Shown piece after piece: positions 57,144 through 64,000 of a stretch of 64,000 nucleotides of DNA. Source of the stretch: Tubiluchus corallicola (Eukaryota > Animalia > Priapulida); contig JAQGDQ010000306.1 of assembly GCA_030141605.1 (NCBI GenBank), forward strand, positions 1 through 64,000. Direction: 5' to 3'. The notes under the pieces were generated by a model that was given only the letters and a program-made list of their open reading frames with translations, was not told the DNA's origin and made no database searches. A program made the position numbers and the translations under genes. Numbering within the stretch: the first letter of the stretch is position 1; each line of letters starts with the position of its first letter.

Positions 57144-59765
57144 CTGTATTCTGTCTTCCCCACCAAAACAGAACGTCATAGAAACATCCACGATCACAGA
57201 AGTGGCATCTACTAGATTATCTTATCGTCAGGCAGAGAGACAAACAAGATGTCAGAGTAACAAAGGCAATGTGCGGTGCAGAATGTTGGACAGACCACCG
57301 GCTTATACTGTCCAAACTAAACATCAGAATCCACCCCTCAAGAAGACCGCAGGGAAAACGGGCACCCAAGCGGCTGAATATCTCCAAGCTGAAAATGGAA
57401 AACGTCAGGCAATCACTCATGAATGACATGGACGGTAGATTAGAGGCATTGGATAATAGTTATCTAGACCCTGAAACTCAATGGAAAGCCCTTATAGTGA
57501 TGCCATTTACTCCTCTGCACTAGAAACCATTGGGCCCTGCACCAGAAAACACCAAGACTGTTTTGAGGAACACAACGATCACATCCAGACCCTACTAAAT
57601 GAAAAGCACCAATGTCACAGAGCTTTTATAAACAACCCCAAGTGTCCAGCAAAGAAAACTGCCTTCACCAATGCCAAAAGAAAAGTCCAAAAGGGGCTCA
57701 GAGCCATACAAGACTCCTGGCTATGTGCAAAAGCTGACCAAATCCAAACCTTCGCAGACAGAAAGGATCAAAAGAACTTTTATCAGGCTATCAAAGCTAT
57801 TTACGGACCGTCCAAGTCTGGCACAACACCAATTCTCAGTGCCAATAGCTCAACCCTTCTTACTGAAAATGATAAGATTCTCCAACGCTGGGCTGAACAC
57901 TTCAACATCATTCTAAATCGACCATCCGCAATAAATGATGAGGCCATAGAAAGACTACCCCAAGTCCCTACCAACAGATCTCTTGAAAATCCCCCATCAG
58001 AGAAAGAGGTAGAGAAAGCCATAAAGAGCCTGTCCAGTGGCAAAGCGCCTGGCGCTGACTCCATCCCAGCTGAAATATATGCAAACGGAGGCCCTAAACT
58101 ACAGACGAAACTGACGGAGCTGTTCCAACTTATGTGGAAACAAGAAAAACTACCGCAAGACTTCAAAGATGCCACAATCATCCACCTCTATAAGTGGAAA
58201 GGAGACAGACAGCAGTGCGACAATCACAGGGGCATCTCACTCCTATCGATTGCTGGCAAAATCCTGGCAAGAATTCTGCTAGATCGTCTCAACGCACACC
58301 TAGAGAAAGATCTTCTACCAGAAAGTCAGTGTGGATATAGGCAGGGACGCAGCACAGTTGATATGATCTTTGCAGTGTGGCAGCTGCAAGAAAAATGCAG
58401 AGAACAGAATATCAACCTACTGACAACCTTCGTTGACCTCACTAAGGCCTTTGACACAGTGTCTCGCGAAGGACTCTGGAAAATCATGGCTAAATTTGGA
58501 TGCCCTGATAAGTTTATAAAGCTGGTCAGGGAATTCCATGATGGTATGCAAGCGAGAGTTCAGGACAACGGGAAATATTCAGACCCATTCGCAGTCTCCA
58601 ACGGCGTAAAACAGGGCTGGCACTGACTCTCTTCAGCATGATGTTCTCCGCAATGCTCACCGATGCATGCAGAGAAAAGAATGTCGGTATTGACATCCGT
58701 TACAGGACAGATGGAAAACTTTTCAATCTTCGCAGACCAAAGTCAAAGAAGACACCATCCGTGACCTCTTTTTTCCAGACGACTGCGCTCTCAATGCCAG
58801 CTCAGAGCAAGACATGCAGGAAAGTGTTAACCTCTTTGCACAGGCATGCAATGATTTTGGCCTCACTATTAACACAAAAAAGACAGAGGTCCTACTTCAG
58901 CCTGCCCCTGACAGCACATATGTAGAACCAACCATCACTATCAAAAATGAGAAACTGATGGCAGCCAACAAGTTCGTTTACTTGGGTAGCACCCTATGAA
59001 GATCAGCTACCATCGATGATGAAGCAGCCTTCAGAATATCAAGAGCCAGTGCAGCCTATGGAAACCTAAGAACAACATGCTGGGAAAGACGAGGCATCAA
59101 GCTGTCAACTAAACTCAAGGTCTACCATGCTGTAGTCATTCCATCTCTGCTGTGTGCCTGCGAATCGTGGACAGTCTATAGTCGCCACGCCAGACAACTA
59201 AACTCCTTCCACCTGCGTTGTCTAAGACGACTCCTCAAGCTCAGCTGGCAGGACTTTATACCAGATACTGAAGTCCTCGAGGGAGCACAATCCATCAGTG
59301 TTCATGCAATGCTTAAGGCAGCACAACTGAAATGGGTTGGCCATGTTCAACGCATGGAAGATCACAGACTGCCAAAGAGACTCATGTACTGCGAGCTGAA
59401 AGAAGGGAAACGGTCAGTTGGAGGGCAACGGAAAAGATACAAAGACACCCTCAAAGCCAGCCTGAAAGAATGCAACATCAATGTCGACTCCTGGGAAGAT
59501 GTGGCACAGGAGAGATCTCGTTGGCGGTCCCTCATCAAATCGGGAGTGACCAACTATGAGTCCAGGCGCATCCAAGTTAGGCAGGAGAAAAGACAGCTTC
59601 GAAAAGACAGAGAACGCAATGCCTATCAAGGTACACCATTCTCATGTCCTCATTGCAGGAGGAGGTTCTTAGCAAGAATCAGGCTTATAAGCCACCTCCG
59701 TACCCATCCTACGATGTCAGACTGAAGTCATGGTCCTCTTCGACTATGAAGGATGAACAACAACA
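57144..59765 (+). mobile_element. RTE-clade LINE (RTE-1/BovB-like), 5'-truncated within the APE domain, inactivated
   Basis: KHPRSQKWHLLDYLIV..WTDH (APE); KAPGADSIP, FVDLTKAFDTV, GVKQG, LFPDD (RT); C-terminal CPHC..HLRTH; short 3' UTR with (CAA)n tail; about three frameshifts and two stops. Confidence 0.95.
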
Positions 59766-59767
59766 TC

Positions 59768-61020
59768 AGTTCAGAAATATGCAGAGATTCAGCATCACAC
59801 AATTAAATCTAGCACATTGCTGCAGCTAAAAACACTGTAATTGATAGATGGCCTGAATCAAAAAATGGTGTGCCCATAGAAGTCAAGCCATTTTGGATTG
59901 TGAGATCCCAAATTCATTTTGCAGATGAAATTTTATTCAGAGGAAGTTAAATAATTTTCCTAGGAAACATGGGTAGAGAAGTACTGAGGCAAATACATGA
60001 TGGTCACCTTGGTATTGAACTGTCAAAGCATAAAACCAGGTGGAAGGAGTGCACAAGTTGAAGACCTGTCCAGTTTGTCAAAGATATCAAAGGCAACGGA
60101 CTAAAGAACCGATGATGCTACATCCAGTAACAGAAAAGCCATAGCAATACATAGCTCCTGATCTTTTCCACTGGGCAAGATGAGACTACTTGCTTGTAGA
60201 TGACAGATATTCAAATATTCCAGACAGAAAAATTGCTTTGTTAGAGGATACATCAAGTTCATGTGTAATCAAGCATTTAAAGATATATTTGCTAGGTACG
60301 GAATTGTTGAATATGTATTGTCTGATAATAGACCTCAGTATTCAAACTTGAAGTTTCGACAGTTTAGTGAAACATAGAACTTTGTACATATAACCTCAAC
60401 CTCAAATCTGAAAAACCCTCAATCAAATGAGTTAGCTGAACGAAAACAACTGCAGAAGAAAGCTGAGGAGAGTAGTGATGACATTTATCTTGCTTTGCTA
60501 TCCTACAGAAACACCCTGCTTCATGGTGAATATTCTCCAGCCGAACTATTGAGGGGAAGACAGCTAGGCACAAGATTGCCAGTAATTGAAAGCAATCGAC
60601 AGCCAAAGCTAGTCGATAGACATCGTCATACGCAAAACATGGTTGACGACAATATCAAAAAGCATACTAAGACAAACGCGTGAAAACTTTACCAACATTG
60701 ACAGAAAGTCACCACATTGGAATGTGGAAGAAGCATACACATGTATGAGTAGCAAGAAGAATACAGAATGAAGAAATGACACCCAGATCATACAAACTAC
60801 AATTAGATGAAGGACAAGTATATAGATGCAACAGAAGAGATATCTTGAAAGTGCCGCAGGACAGTAAAAAGATGTTGACTGAAATACCAAAAATGATTGA
60901 AAATGATGGTGAATGGGTGAGATGTGGTGATAGAACGTTAATTAGTGAGCTGACAATAGAGGTGCAAGCAAAGCAGATATTCACTTGAAGTGGAAGACTG
61001 GTAGTCATCCCCTGGAGAGA
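59768..61020 (+). mobile_element. Gypsy (Ty3) LTR retrotransposon integrase region, degraded
   Basis: RWPESK..VKPFW..IHDGHLGIE (H2C2), DLFHW, LLSYRNTLLHGEYSPAELLRGRQL, TPRSY..YRCNRRDI, T*SGRLV; multiple stops. Confidence 0.9.
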
Positions 61021-61385
61021 ATAGAAAAACATAAACGCAGTATTTAGTTGTTTAAAACAAAATGTGTATTTTCAGAGTTAATGTATTATAACATATACTT
61101 ATCTACATTTGCAGTTACATAGCTGTATGAGTAACAGTGAGTTTTGTCAAACAGAAGTATTGAGTTATTTAATTAGCAATTGTCAAAATATTTTGTTGAC
61201 AATTTAAAGCCAGCAGATTATGTAGTAGTAGTGGGTAACGCTAAATTGATTTTGTTAATAAAGTTGTAAACTTCTTTGTACCAGGTAATCTGTAATGATA
61301 AATAATAGGCGGTATCTACAAAAATGGCTCCTAAAGTGGATATGTAAAAGCTTTTTATGTTGTTAGCTATTGTATCACAAAATGC

Positions 61386-61550
61386 GAGAGAAAAAGGGAT
61401 ATGATATAATGAAGTCCGAGAACTACATTATTATGCAGAACAAAGTGTTAGTTGGTTCTGATGGCAGACTATGGTTAAGCCGTTTTGTGTTTGGTCTAAT
61501 ATTTAATAAACACATTATAAACTTCACCACTTCTCGTGATATATCCTACA
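61386..61550 (+). mobile_element. Putative polypurine tract and short 3' LTR of the Gypsy element
   Basis: GAGAGAAAAAGGGATA followed by TG at 61402; AATAAA at 61505; CA at 61550; no second LTR available for comparison. Confidence 0.4.
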
Positions 61551-61880
61551 CTACTTCCTACTACCCATCAATCTCTTTGTGCCTGCACCAGTTTGACAAC
61601 TGTGAGCTAAACCGGTCAAATCACTCTTCACAGCTCAAGAAGAAATCACCTAGTTACAGTAATTAAGCAATAGTAGTGAAATTTGATGCGCAAGGTTAAA
61701 AGTGTGAACACGCTCGCATGTGCGCATAAAAACACAATCTGCTGAAACCGGCAGTGGAAGTGGGAGCAATAATATTGTAGTCACAATTTTGAAACATGTA
61801 TAAAAATGAATGGTCAGCTTATTTTGAGCATTACATAAGGTACACCAAATCTGTACCAGGTGTAACTCTACTAGTACCAG

Positions 61881-62080
<200 letters not shown>

Positions 62081-62789
62081 GGTGCACAATAAGAATCTGG
62101 TGAACATTGTTATCAATCCTATGTAATGCGGTGAGGGGCTGCTATCAGCACAGGTGACCAACAATAAATCATGCAATGACAATTTGAGTATTTTACAAAT
62201 GTAGGCTCTGACACCTGTAGCAAACTATTAAGGAAATAGCTCGGGTGAATCGTTAATGTAATCCATAACAATCTTATATGTGACTCTAGCGAGTACATAT
62301 CAATTAATTACTCTATTTTACCCATGCCTTGTTTGTATTTTATGGAAAAAATCTGTTGTAAAACAATTCAACTTACATGACAATGTCACTCACACAATAA
62401 AAAAGCTGTGAAGCTCTTTGATCAATGATGATTAATTAGCAAAATTATGAATTTAATTGAGCAAAAAAAACGTTTTGCAAACAAACGAGTTGCATTCTAA
62501 ACAGTAACCAATAACCATTTAACAGTAACCATTTTTTTCTGCTTGAAATTAGCTTTCATTTTTTTGCGTCACCTGAGCTTTAATTTTAGCACTTAAATGT
62601 GAATTTTCTGGCTCAAAAACTGAGTAAACGTTTGACTGAAAGATGATTGCCAGCGCCCCTGTACAGAGTATTGGATCAAAAAGAACTTTTGTTTGTAACA
62701 AAATATGACACTTATTGGGGCAGTTAAATTCGACCCCGTATACGTTTCCTACATAGTTTACCCTCCTAATGGTAACGCAGTCAGCAGCA

Positions 62790-63530
62790 GGCATCAACCG
62801 AGAGAGACTCTTGAACGAGTAAAGAAGTTATATTTGCAGAATCGACATACAACAGAGTACAAGAGAGAAGTACACACGAGCCATGAGAAAGCAGGAAAAC
62901 CAAACATCAAGGACAACAAACAACAAACATTGGACAATGATATCTATAAAACTCGTAGTGGGAGGAAAGTGAAGAAGCCAAGACAGCCTTAATCATAAAT
63001 TTCTAAACAGTAATTTTAGTTCTTACAAGTTCAACTTAAAAGGGTTGTTCACTAAGTTCAGATACTATATTGCTATATTCTATAAATAATTCAAAGACAG
63101 CTATAATTAACAAAGAATTATTTATTATAAAGGAGTTAATCAATTCCAATAGTTTCACATAATATTGCTTATAGTTCTAAAACTCATAATAGGCAAAGTT
63201 TGTTTTGAATTTTGCCCAATATTAGTTGGAGTTAAGAATTTGACAAACTCTACTAAGCTGCTTAACTTGTGATACCGTTGTCATTTTCTTTGGCAGATTT
63301 ATACTGCAATACGAAAATTGAAAATTTGGAATGACCATTGTAAATTGCACTTAATTTAGTTGAAATTTAAAAAATGAATCTAAAAGTTGGTTCACACTGT
63401 GAAGAATCTAAAGGCTAGTTTACACTGTAACGTATCACCGATTGTTTATCATTACAGTTTTTATGAGATCTTTCTAGCAGATCTGTTGGAAATAATTAAA
63501 AGCATTATTGTGGAAAGGGAGACGTAGTGA
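62790..63530 (+). mobile_element. Second Gypsy 3' fragment (pol C-terminus, 3' UTR, PPT)
   Basis: YKTRSGRKVKKP* C-terminal motif typical of Gypsy pol; GGAAAGGGAGA polypurine tract at 63512-63522. Confidence 0.55.
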
Positions 63531-64000
63531 GTGGGCACTGTTTGTACAGTGTGATTGCATAATAGCATACTACTACAATGTATGCCCCCTATGTGAAGGG
63601 GCCTGCATTTCAAAATGTCGACGTTTTCTCGTGTAGAAATTTGGTTCCTGAATTTATTGTGATTTTTTTGACATACAATTTGCTTATGAACATTATGTAA
63701 CTATTATTGCTCAATATTAAAGTCTACGGGCTTTGAAAAAAGAAAATTATGCCAGACGAATTAGATTTATGGTTTCCAGGGCTTTGGTCCAGACGTCACT
63801 CGGAAAATACTCAGCTGTGTTGTTCCAGCAATTGTCCCATTTCCAACCTCCCTCCACAGTCCACACCCTCTATTTTTTTCCGCCAATGCTGTTAGTAGGG
63901 TACAAACAGTAAATACAAATGTACGTTTATTCTGCTCACTTTTTAGGCTACATTAGACCCATCAGTAAGGGAGAATGACTATGTAGCAAAAGAGGATGCT

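Overview
AT-rich, repeat-dense genomic DNA of a eukaryote (most likely an invertebrate animal; inferred from GT-AG introns, microsatellites and metazoan transposon families). It is not prokaryotic, so most ORF-track entries are spurious translations of microsatellites or non-coding DNA. Host-gene content I can support: (1) exons 2 and 3 of a minus-strand globin (34478-34709, 31733-31864) with canonical B12.2/G7.0 introns, an intact proximal His and a Leu at the distal E7 position; exon 1 was not found in the window. (2) The last two exons of a plus-strand annexin (42672-43810) carrying an in-frame stop. The rest is mobile and repetitive DNA: MITEs with clean TSDs (a hAT nested in a hAT, PIF/Harbinger, Tc1/mariner), a 5'-truncated RTE LINE between BEL/Pao and Gypsy relics, Tc1, Penelope-like and 5S-like SINE remnants, foldbacks, a 36-bp minisatellite, and a ~460-bp near-identical unit with compound trinucleotide tails present twice in inverted orientation. 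I found no CRISPR array and no clear new multi-gene system. All alignments were done by eye.
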